Of a stretch of DNA of 64,000 nt, positions 26,245 through 36,877 are shown in pieces. The position numbers were made by a program, and so were the translations under genes. Each line of letters opens with the position of its first letter. The first letter of the stretch is position 1. This DNA comes from Mycoplasmatales bacterium (GTDB lineage Bacteria; Bacillota_I; Bacilli_A; Mycoplasmatales; JABABV01): the NCBI GenBank assembly GCA_014238055.1, contig JABABV010000001.1:69368-133367 (forward strand), in the 5' to 3' direction. The notes beneath the pieces are model-generated. The model did not search any database. It had not been told where the DNA came from and saw only the letters and a program-made list of their open reading frames with translations.

Positions 26245-26943
26245 CTATATTTTTCCAAAACGTCTATTCCTATTAGAAAATATTTTAATATCGTTGCTAA
26301 ATTTTTCAATGTTGTATTCCGGAAATAAACAATCATTAAAAATTATTTCGGCATAATCTAATTGTCAAAGTAAAAAATTTGAAATGCGTTGTTCACCAGA
26401 AGTTCGAACTAATAAATCTACAGGTGGTAGAAATCCACTAATTAAATAATTATTAATGTTTTCTTTATTAATAATTATATCAAAATTTTCTTGTTTAATT
26501 TTATTAATAGCGGCCAACAAATCTTGTTGACCACCATAATTAAAAGCTATAGTTAAAGTTAACCCTGAACATAATTTCGTTTTTTCTTCTAAATCTTTTA
26601 TATTTTTTAGTAGTTTTAAAGGTAATTTATCTTCAAAACCGATTCAACGAATTCTAATGTTTTCTTCAATTATTTTATTTTGATTAATTTTATTAATCGC
26701 AATATTTAATATTCTTAATAAATAATTAACTTCACCTTTTGGACGATTTCAATTTTCAGTAGAAAAAGCAAAAATAGTTAAATATTTTAAATTTATTTTA
26801 TTTGAAAATCTAACGATATCTCGTAAATTTCGCATTCCTATTTTATGACCATAACTTCTAGGTTTTTTAAATTTAGTAGCATAACGACCATTACCATCCA
26901 TAATCAACGCTATATGATTAGGTTTATTTATATCTTCAAACAT
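26245..26943 (-). CDS. uppS: Undecaprenyl/polyprenyl diphosphate synthase
   Basis: HIALIMDGNGR, AFSTENWNRP (W=TGA), LLVRTSGEQRISNFLLWQ, RRFG. Confidence 0.95.
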
Positions 26944-26947
26944 TTGA

Positions 26948-27496
26948 TTATATTTTCATTAATGATTTTTCTTTATCAGCAGCTAATTGAGTAATTTTCT
27001 TTACTCCTGTATCAATTATTTTTTGTACAGAATCTTGATCATCTCTGATTTCATCTTTAGTTAAATCTTTATCTGCTTTGATTTTATTATTATAATCACG
27101 TCTTAAATTACGGAATTGAATTTTAGTTTCTTCATTAATTTTTTTAATTTCTTTTACTTTAGAAACTCTGATTTCTTCTGTCAAAGCTGGAATTTTAATA
27201 CGAATTTGGTTTCCTTCATTTTGAGGATTCATATTTAATTTTGACTTTGAAATAGCCGCAACAATTGCTTTAGCATCATTTTGATTAAAAGGTTTTACTA
27301 ATAATTGGTTAGCATCAGGAACAGAAATACTAGCTACTTGAGAAAGTGGTGTTAAAGTTCCATAATAATCAATTTTAACTTGACTCAGCATGTTTGGATT
27401 GGCTCTTCCTGTTGAAATAGTGTTAAAACGATTTGTCATTTTTTCAATAACTATTTCTATATCTTGTTGTAAATTAGTATCTAAATTATTATTCAT
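26948..27496 (-). CDS. frr: Ribosome recycling factor
   Basis: TGRANP, DYYGTLTPL, PALTEE. Confidence 0.95.
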   Translation of the reverse strand: MNNNLDTNLQQDIEIVIEKMTNRFNTISTGRANPNMLSQVKIDYYGTLTPLSQVASISVPDANQLLVKPFNQNDAKAIVAAISKSKLNMNPQNEGNQIRIKIPALTEEIRVSKVKEIKKINEETKIQFRNLRRDYNNKIKADKDLTKDEIRDDQDSVQKIIDTGVKKITQLAADKEKSLMKI

Positions 27497-27511
27497 GAAA
27501 ATACCCCCATA

Positions 27512-28237
27512 TTATTTCTTGTTAGAAATAATAGTTCTCTCTTTATCGTTTGGTTTTGTTAAAGTGTTAATTATATTATTTTGTTTGTTAATATTAAAAA
27601 CTAATATATCAATATTATTTTCCATACAAATAGTAGTTGCTGTTAAATCCATAATTTTAATATTTTTTTCAAAAGCTTCTCTAAAAGTTAAGAAAGGTAA
27701 ATGCTTAGCGTTTGGATATTTGATTGGATCAGCATCATAAACACCATTAACATTATTTTTACCCATTAAAATAACATCAGCATTAACTTCAGCAGCTCTT
27801 AACGCTGCTGCTGAATCTGTTGTAAAGAATGGATGTCCTGTCCCACCACTAAAAATAACAACATAACCTTTTTCTAAATGGCGTAATGCTCTTTGTCTAA
27901 TATAAGGTTCAGCTACTTTATCCATTGGAATAGCAGACATTAATCTCGTTGTAATATTATGCTTTACGAACGCAGTTTGTAAAGCTATTCCGTTAATAAC
28001 AGTGGCAAGCATTCCCATATAATCAGCTTGGGCTCTTTCGATCCCTAATTTAGCAGCACTAGCACCACGTAAAATGTTTCCTCCACCGATAACTATTCCA
28101 ACTTGAATTTTTCGGTTAACTAATTCAGCTACTTGAGCAGCTAAATCAGAAACTTTTTGATTATCGATAATCAAACCATTTTTTTGTTTACTATGTAAAG
28201 CGGCTCCACTTAGTTTTAGTAAAATTCTTTTATACAT
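27512..28237 (-). CDS. pyrH: UMP kinase
   Basis: RILLKLSG, GGGNILRG, DYMGMLATVIN, PFFTTDSAAALRA. Confidence 0.96.
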   Translation of the reverse strand: MYKRILLKLSGAALHSKQKNGLIIDNQKVSDLAAQVAELVNRKIQVGIVIGGGNILRGASAAKLGIERAQADYMGMLATVINGIALQTAFVKHNITTRLMSAIPMDKVAEPYIRQRALRHLEKGYVVIFSGGTGHPFFTTDSAAALRAAEVNADVILMGKNNVNGVYDADPIKYPNAKHLPFLTFREAFEKNIKIMDLTATTICMENNIDILVFNINKQNNIINTLTKPNDKERTIISNKK

Positions 28238-28300
28238 AAAAACACTCCTTAGTTTTAGATTGAGTTCTTAATAATATTTTATAATAAAACTATTTTATAA

Positions 28301-28335
28301 TAAAAAAAATAATTAAAATTTAATTATTTTTTTAA
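28301..28335 (-). terminator. rpsB-tsf terminator-like inverted repeat
   Basis: AAAAAAATAATTAAA...TTTAATTATTTTTTT just after the tsf stop; very AT-rich. Confidence 0.5.
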
Positions 28336-28337
28336 TG

Positions 28338-29213
28338 TTAATTAGATAATTCGTTTACTTCATCAGCAAAATTAGTTGTATTTTTTTCAATACCTTCTCC
28401 AACTTCGAAACGAATCATAGTTTTTATACCTTTACTATTTTGTAAAGCGAATTGTCCAACTTTTTGATCTTGATTTTTAACAAAAGGTTGGTCTACTAAA
28501 CAAACAGAAGCTAGCTGTTTATTTAATCTACCGATTACCATTTTTTCAACGATTTCTGGTTTTTTACCTTCTTGAATCGCTTGTTCTTTCAAGATATCAG
28601 TTTCTTTAGTTATATATTCTTTACTAATTTCATTACGATCTATGAAAATAGGACGCATTGCTGTTACATGCATTGCAATGTCACGAGCTGCATCTGAATT
28701 ATTAGAATCTTTTAATACTATTAAAGCAGAAATTTTTCCACCCATATGCATATAAGAACCAAAAGCATCTGTTGCTTCTTTGTTAACTACTTGAAAACGA
28801 CGAAGATCAATTTTTTCACCTATTTTAGCTGTTGATTCAGTAATTAAATCTCCAACAGTTTGTGAACCTGATTTTATCGTTAACGCTTCTTTAACTGTTG
28901 AACAGTTGTTATCTAAAATTAAATTAGATAATTGACTTACAAGATTTTTAAAACGATCGTTTTGAGCTACAAAATCAGTTTCTGAATTTACTTCAATAAT
29001 AATTGCTTTATTATCTTTAATAGTAATTGAAGTTAATCCTTCAGCAGCTATACGCCCTGATTTTTTAGCAGCTTTGGCAATACCTTTTTTTCTTAGTCAA
29101 TCAATTGCTAATTCGATGTCTCCATCACTATCAACAAGAGCTTTTTTACAATCTAACATACCTGCTCCAGTTAAACTACGTAATTCTTTTACTTGTAGCG
29201 CTGTAACTGCCAT
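28338..29213 (-). CDS. tsf: Elongation factor Ts
   Basis: [41 protein letters not shown]. Confidence 0.96.
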
Positions 29214-29215
29214 TA

Positions 29216-30358
29216 TTATTTAGCTCCTTCTTTGATTAAAAGTTCGATTAATTCATTCTTTTTAAGAGTTGAATATCCTTTTAATCCGTTGTTTTTAGCC
29301 ATTTCTTTTAATTCTACTAATTTTTTATTTGAAAAATCTACTGAAGTAGAATTTGTTGCTTCTTTATCTGCAACAGGAGTTTTAACTTCTTTAGTTTCAA
29401 CAGGAGTTTTAACTTCTTTAACTTCTTTAGTTTCGACAGTAGTTTTTTTCGCTGCTGCTTCTGCTGCTTTTTTACTTTCAACTTCAGCTGAAGTAGAAAT
29501 TACTTTAACTGTTTTTTTGTTTTGTTCTGCTAAAACAGCTGCTTCTGCTGCTGATTGTAATACTTTAACAGCACTACGTTTAACAACTTTAACACCATTG
29601 ATATTTGCTTTATCGCTACCTAGTTTATTAAATCTTGGATTTTCACTTGGTAAGTTTTGGTAAGCTACTAATGGATTTCCACCTTTAGCGTCAACAACTG
29701 CGTCTGCTAAAAGAGTCATAATTAATTTTAAAGTTTTTAAAGCATCATCATTAGCTGGAATAATGTAATCAACACTATCAGGATCAGCATTAGTATCAAC
29801 GATACCAACAATTGGAATTCCTAATTTACGTGCTTCTTTAATAGCATTCTTTTCTTCATTTGGATCAAGAACTACTAATAGAGATGGAATGTTGTGCATT
29901 CCTTTAATTCCTTCTAAGAATTTTTGTAATTTAACCATTTCTTTACTAAATTTAATACCTTCTTTTTTAGTATAACCTTCAAAATTATTTTTTGCTTGGT
30001 TTTCTAAAATTAAAAGATGACGAACTCTTGATTGAATTGTTTTAAAGTTAGTTAAAGTTCCACCTAATCATCTTTGATTTACGTAGAAGCTTCCGGCACG
30101 GTCAGCTTGTTCTTTAATAATGTCTCTTGCATTACGACGTGTACATACAAATAAAATGTTTCCACGTTTGCTTGCATAATATTTAATTACTTTATAAGCA
30201 ACTTCAAGTCCTTTGATAGTTTTAACTAAATCAATAACATGAGTTTTACCTTTTGTTCCGTGAATATATGGCTTCATTTTTGGATTTCAACGTTTTGTTT
30301 CATGCCCAAAATGAGCTCCCGATTCTAATAATTTAACTTTTGATACTATAGCTGTCAT
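29216..30358 (-). CDS. rpsB: 30S ribosomal protein S2 with a long C-terminal extension ending in a Rho-N-like domain
   Basis: [42 protein letters not shown]; 380 aa. Confidence 0.95.
29376..29440 (-). repeat. Tandem coding repeat (ETKEVKTPV-like) in the RpsB tail
   Basis: AGGAGTTTTAACTTCTTTA occurs twice with extra AACTTCTTTA and GTTTC units. Confidence 0.8.
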
Positions 30359-30388
30359 TATAATTTCTCCTTGGTTTTTGTTATTCTT

Positions 30389-30476
30389 TCCCTTACTTAT
30401 AAACATTATTCACAAATAACTATATTTATTATTAGTTTATCTGCACTAGAATAAGCAATTTAAATAAAGGTGTTTA
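30389..30476 (-). promoter_or_regulatory. Candidate rpsB 5' leader (t44/S2 autoregulatory-like structure)
   Basis: Long leader with nested complementarity on the minus strand (CCUUUAUUUA with UAAGUAAGG, UUAUUC with GAAUAA) at the usual position of S2 leaders. Confidence 0.4.
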
Positions 30477-30562
30477 ATACTTCCGATATAAATAATACAT
30501 AAAATACTTATTAAGTATAACATTTTTTTAACAAAATACCAAATTTTAATGATGTAAAATAT

Positions 30563-30600
30563 AAAAAAATGTTTGCAATTTTATTATCGCAAACATTTAT
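30563..30600 (-). terminator. Terminator after the lipoprotein pair
   Basis: AAATGTTTGC...GCAAACATTT with an A7 run (U-tract on the minus strand). Confidence 0.7.
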
Positions 30601-30724
30601 ATTAAATTAGATTATTAAATGCCCATCATTACAATATAAATCGGATTTTAAATATCATTAATAGGAACAATATTTTTAACGTTCAACAACGTTCATTAAT
30701 AAAATAAATAAAATTTAAATATTA

Positions 30725-31891
30725 TTAAGCATGAGTGACTGTTCCATTTCAAATATAATTAAAAGCAGTTCCTCCACTACTTACATTTTTTCCATCTGCA
30801 AACATAAAATTAAATATAAGGTTTAAATGATAACTTTGACCGGTTTCAAAGAAAAATATCAATTTACCTGATAATCCTCCAGAGATTTGAACTCCTATCC
30901 GTCAGTTGATAGTGAAAGGATGAATATTTCCATGACTTGGATATCCACTTTTATTTAAAATTCCATTCATCCCATTTGGACCACTAGGATCGGGATGTTT
31001 ATTAGCAATTTTATCTCCGTCATAAATCATTCAATTTTGATTTTGAAAAGCATCAAAATTGTATCCATTGTTTAGCCTAGCTATATTTATTTGATTATCA
31101 TATATTGATTCCGCTTTTTCGATAGATTGAAGTTGTTCTACTTGAGTAAAGTTTCAATCAGTTAATTTATAACTGTCTCCAGCCTTATATTGTGCTGTTG
31201 CTTTGATTGGATCAGCGTCATACGCGCCTTCGTAACCTTTTTTCGAAATAATTGCTGTGACTGTAAATGTTGCATCATTTGCAGTTGGTTTCCCGCCCAT
31301 TCCTTTAAAACCAGAAGCATCATGGTCGGTTAGAGAACCAAAAGTATCAAATTCAGGTTTTTGACTACCATCTATTTTTCAAGTTATTTGATCGTCGGTT
31401 CCGTATTTTCACTTAAAACCTTGAACTTTATTTTTAGTTATCGCTATTTCAAATAATTGTTCCGCTGAAGTAGTCTTAGCTGTTTCTCGATACAATCCTC
31501 AAGTTCCAGGATCATAAGTAGGAGCAGAGCTATGCGTTCAATCATTTATATCATATCTATTATTATTTAAATATTGTATCGTAAAATCAAGACTCATATT
31601 ATAGTTTTTTTTTATTCTCGTTATTACAACGCTAATGTTTTTCGCCTGATCATCAAACGTAATATCTCCTTTGCTTAAATCGTTATTTGTCACTACTCCT
31701 CATTCTTCTACTGGATTAGCTGTTACGATATCGATAGCTTTAGCTTTTAGAGCTTCTTTTTTAAAGTCTCCCCATACTTGTTTAGGTGATGGTTTTTTTG
31801 ATCCACAACTAATTGCTGTTAATGAAACTGTAGTTGCAACTATAGAAGTAGTTAAGAGACCCGTTAAAAAAATATTTAGTTTCTTTTTCAT
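30725..31891 (-). CDS. Lipoprotein with two Trp-anchored repeats and a distinct C-terminal domain
   Basis: 388 aa with TGA=Trp; signal MKKKLNIFLTGLLTTSIVATTVSLTAIS-C; GAAAGAGGT SD. Confidence 0.88.
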
Positions 31892-31966
31892 CTAATTACC
31901 TCTTTCAAACATAATTTTAAATTTTTAAATATGTCATAATTAATGTGTCTTAATTATTGAATCAAT

Positions 31967-33022
31967 TTATTCATATGCATTTATATCTGCTATTCCGAAA
32001 GCATCCCCATAGTTTTTATCTTGGTTTTGGTTTTGTTGAGTAACTATTATTGTAATATTTTTACTCGTTGTTTTATAATTTTTTTTATCACTATCAAAAT
32101 AAATAATTATTCCAATTCGAGCTGTTATTTTTGTGTAATCGTATTTTCAATCTATATTTGATGCTATTCTATCAAAATTTTTTCATTTATTTCTCAATGC
32201 AACTACGAATAAATTTAACGGATTACTTTGATTACCAATATAAGTGATATTAAAATTATTTTTAACATTATCCATATATAACTTGCTATCCGTTAGTTGT
32301 TTAACTCCGTGTAATTTTCAGTTATTTAAATTATAACTAACATCTTTGTTTACAGAAATTATTGCTTCTATTGGATGAGTGTTTGTAAAGTTATTATAAA
32401 GTTGCGAATTCTTATTTATTGAAATAATTACGGTAATAGTATAATTTTCATAATCAACTTTAGGTTTACCATTCATTCCTTTAAAAGCTGAAGGATTCGC
32501 ACTATTGACAGCTCCGCCATAAATATCTCACGTAGGTTGATCTGATGAAGTTCAACCACTATCCATTTTTTGCGTTTTAGCTAGACTTAAAATTTCTTCT
32601 GGACTTACAGATGTTGATGACGTAACAAAATTATTTCATTTATCCCCACCCATTGGTTTAGTAGATAATTGTCAATTTTTAATATCGTAAGGAGTTCCGT
32701 TAACAAATTTAATTGAAACGGTAGCGTTGTTACTTCAAACTAAATTTTTAACTAATGCTGTAACAGAATGTTCTTCTTTAGCATCAACTAAATATTGAAC
32801 ATGATAATCACTTTTTTGATATCCTAATCCTGATCAAGGTTTTATAGATAAACTATCAACAATATTTACGACATTTTCATTTTCTACTTTTTGAATAAAA
32901 GTATTTCAATTTTTCGTAAGTGCAGATTCTTTTTTTCCACAACTAACAACTGTAACAGCGGATGTGCTTATCGGAATAATAGCACCTAAACTAATTAATA
33001 TTTTTTTTATTTTTTTTTTCAT
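31967..33022 (-). CDS. Lipoprotein, paralogue of 30725-31891
   Basis: 351 aa with TGA=Trp, absent from the ORF track; signal MKKKIKKILISLGAIIPISTSAVTVVS-C; GGAGG SD; shares FKGMxGKP with its neighbour. Confidence 0.88.
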
Positions 33023-33157
33023 ATTAATATCCTCCAATTATATTCGGAAACGTCAATATCTAAATAATAAATTTCATTGTCGTAATATAATTAAATTATG
33101 ACATTTAAAAATATAAAAATCAAATATACATTAATAATAAAAACAAAAAACAAATAT

Positions 33158-33181
33158 AAAAAAAAGCCTTTTGGCTTTTTT
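33158..33181 (-). terminator. Terminator after ylxM
   Basis: A-run, GCC, T loop, GGC, T-run at the ylxM stop. Confidence 0.6.
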
Positions 33182-33497
33182 ATATGCTTCTTATCTTATC
33201 TACTATTTCATCTATTTTTTGATCTTTTATTTCACTTAAATCATTACATAATTTTTGTAAAAAATTATTTTTATGATTTAATTTTAAAATAGTTTCATAT
33301 TTTTCCAATAATTTAATACTTTTTTTTACCGAATCAAAAACAGCGCTTCTTGATACAGCCAGAATTTCGGCAACTTCTTTAAACGAAAGATCTTCATTTA
33401 AATGGAGTCAAATAGCTTGTTTTTGAGTTTGTGTTAACAAATCACTATAAAAATCAAATAATTTTAAATAATGTATTCGTTCTTTTAAAAGAATCAT
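33180..33497 (-). CDS. ylxM: YlxM/UPF0122 HTH protein (SRP-associated)
   Basis: LFDFYSDLLTQTQK...EDLSFKEVAEILAVSRSAVFDSVKK...LEKYETILKL; absent from the ORF track. Confidence 0.9.
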
Positions 33498-33500
33498 TTT

Positions 33501-35714
33501 CTACAACAATTCTAATAGTTTTAAAATATCTAAAGCTACGTTTCTCGGTTTACCTTCTAAAGGATGATGATGGATATGAATTGCCGGATTATTATTAACT
33601 TCTAATACAGTAATTGGACCTGGAATTTTATGATTTAGCGTAATCATATCTATACCAGCAATTTTAAGATTAAAAAGTTTACTAATTTGAATTGCTAATT
33701 TTTTATAATTAATATGAGTTTTTTCAGTTACATCAATAGTGTCTCCACCAGAACTGACATTAGAATTATATCGTAATCAAACAACTAAATTTTTACTTGG
33801 TTTACTTGATAATCTTAATTTTTGTCTAGCTAAATTGTTTCGCACTAATTTATTTACCACTATTTTTTCTAACGGTTTTTTATAACCAGTTCCACGTAAA
33901 GGACTTTGGTTTTTAATTTTAATTAATTTTGCAATTGAACTTTTACCGTCACCGATAACATTTGCAGGTCTTCGCTCTAATACTCCACTAACTTTACCAT
34001 TAATAACTAAGAAACGATATTCTTGACCTTTTACGATATTTTCTATAATTATTTTTTTAGAATAACTAAATGCTTCGTTAACAGCATTTCTATATTTATT
34101 ACGCGATTTATTTTCGTGTAAAATAGTTAACCCTTTTGAAAAATTAGCGTCATTTGGTTTAATAACTATGCCAATTTCCTTAAATTTATCTCAAGCTTTT
34201 AGAGCTTCTAACTTATTTGTAAAAGTTTCACCACTAGGAACTTGAACCCCTGATTCTTTTATAATTTTTTTAGCTGTAGTTTTATCATTTACTAAAATCG
34301 CAGATAATTCACTATCGAAACGCGTTCTAGTCGCTTGTACAACATATTCTTTCGATCATTTTACTTTTTCGTTTGAAAATTTTAATAGATTTCCTTCTTC
34401 ACTTCAAACTTCTACTAGGACTCCGTTTTTTAAAGCTTCTTTCATCAGAATTTTTGTAGAAAGTTCTAATTTTCCAAAAACTTCTTTTTCTCCGTTTTCT
34501 AAAATAGAATTTTTAACGTTTAACATTTTTTCGACAATTAATTCTTTAGAATTGAAGTGCTTATGAACTTCTACTGCTGAATGAGTTTCTTTATCAACCA
34601 TTTCTTTTATAAATTTTTCTTCCATGTTTAATTTTTTATAAAAGTTTTTCATTCTCTGTAAAACGCTTTTGATTTCGCTAATCATTTTATGATTTTCTGT
34701 TCCAAGAGATATAGCATCTGATGTTTTTAAAACATCTTTATAAATATCTGATGTGATCGTTAATTCTTTGTTTTTTTCATCTGTCGGTTCTAAGATTAAA
34801 AACACTAAAAATAAATGAATAAATTTTAAAGTTTTAATGTTTATTCCATAATCTTCACTAGGATTCAAATCAATATTTCTAATTTCTAAATAATCGACTC
34901 TATTCTTATTAGCAGTTTTCATACGAATTGGTTGGTATATTTCTTGTCTGCCAATAATATTTGAATTTTTAATTAAAAGATCTACTGATTTTGTTCATTG
35001 TTCATAATCTTTACAATCTAGTAAACTAATTCCATTAGTTGGAAATCCGTAATCTGAAGTTCTATAAGAACGAATATGTTTAATTAACTTTTTGCTTTTT
35101 TTAACTTCTTCGAAAGATTTTTTAAATTTTTCAGGAATAAATGGTGTTGAACCAAATAAATATGTAATAACTGGAAAGTGCATCATATATTTCTGATAAC
35201 CTTTGAAATAAAGTTCAGTTTTTAAACTAATTGGATCACTTTCATTTATTTTAGCAAGTTCCTCAAAAAATTCATCAGAGAAAGAAAAATTAAAATGAAT
35301 TCCAGAAATAGAAATTTTATCTCTACCATATTTATCAGATAAATATTTACGATAATTATTAGACTCGCGACCTTTTTTACTGATTCCGGGAATACCTAAA
35401 ATTAAATTCTCGTCATCTGACTCTAACGGTAGAGAGTAGTTTAACAACAATTCATCTTTAGCTAATTGTTCGTATGTTATTTCAGTTTGTAGCTTCATAA
35501 AGTTAAAAGCTTTTTCCAAACTATTAGCTTTTGGAGTAACTATTTCTAATTGAGATTCTAAAAAATCAATTTGAAAATAAGGATTATTTCATTTAAATTT
35601 GAAAGGATGTTTTTGAGAACTTAAAACACCGCTTGAATTAATTCTAAATACTTCTTTTTCTAATCCAAAATTACCATCTAAAAAATTTAATTTTTTAATT
35701 TTATCTAGTTTCAT
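33501..35714 (-). CDS. gshAB: Bifunctional glutamate-cysteine ligase/glutathione synthetase (GshF/GshAB)
   Basis: 737 aa. GCS half: FGLEKEVFR, DFLESQLEIVTP, ISGIHFNFSF, YLEIRNIDLNP. ATP-grasp half: LELSTKILMKEA, VIKPNDANFSKG, EYRFLVI, RRPANVIGDG, NSNVSSGGD, LEVNNNP. Confidence 0.9.
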
Positions 35715-35821
35715 AGATTTTCCTCTTTCAAAAATTATTTTTCATTTAATTTTAATTAAAATATTTTAATTTTATCAGTCATGACATATATATAAAAATT
35801 ATATCAAAAATATAAAAAACT

Positions 35822-36853
35822 TTATAACTCCTTAGTTAAACCATTAACAAATTCTTCTAAATCAAATTCTGCTAAATCATCAACTTTTTCACCTAAACCA
35901 ATAAATTTAACATCGATATTTAAAGTGTCTTTGATCGTTAATACGATTCCACCTTTAGAACTACCATCCATTTTAGTTAAAATAATTCCGTCTACTTTAG
36001 CATCTTTTTTAAATATTTTAGCTTGTGCAATTCCGTTTTGACCAGTAGTAGCATCAAGTACTAATAAAGTTTCTAAAGTTGCGTTAGGCGCATTTTTAGT
36101 AATTGTGCGGCTAATTTTATTTAGTTCATTCATTAAGTTTACTTTATTGTGCATTCTACCAGAAGTATCGCAAATTAAAATATCACTATTGTTTTCTTGA
36201 GCTTTTTTAATACTATCAAAAATTACTGATGATGGGTCTTGTTGATTTTTTGAAGGTTTTACACATTCAACTTCTAAACGATCAGCTCAAATAGATAGCT
36301 GTTCTACCGCCCCTGCTCTGAAAGTATCTCCAGCTGCTAAAGTTACTTTTTTATTTTGTTCTTTAAATAAATTTGTTAACTTAGCGATACTAGTAGTTTT
36401 ACCAACACCGTTAATTCCGACTACTAAAATAATTGATAATCCATTATCATTTAAATTTAAAGTTGTTTTAGAATGAGTTTTATTAGCATAACTCAAAAAC
36501 ATTTTATCAACTATTATTTCGTTTATTTTTTCCGGATCGCTAACTTTATTTATTGTAACTTCATCGCGAACTGCATCTGTAATTTCCATAACAATGTTCA
36601 TTGAAATATCATTCATAATTAAAATTTCTTCTAATTCTTCAAAAAATTCTTCATTAATTTGATGTTTGTTATAAAGAGATTTTAAACTATGTAAGAAATT
36701 ATGTCTTGATTTTGACATTCCCACAATATATTTATTTCTTTTTTGATTTTTTTTACGAATTTTTTTTTCAATTTTAATTAATTTTTTACTCTTTTTATTT
36801 TCTAGATTTTGTCCATCAACTATTTTATTTTTATTTTTTTTAAAAATTCCCAT
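35822..36853 (-). CDS. ftsY: Signal recognition particle receptor FtsY
   Basis: GINGVGKTTSIAKL, GDTFRAGAVEQL, DTSGR, DATTGQNG, LTKMDGSSKGG. Confidence 0.96.
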
Positions 36854-36877
36854 ATTAATTACCTAACTTTTTATTTA

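Noticed and set aside
30600-30724. Possible small ORF or sRNA between the lipoprotein stop and its terminator
   Set aside because: Only very short frames with no SD and no convincing structure; probably 3' UTR
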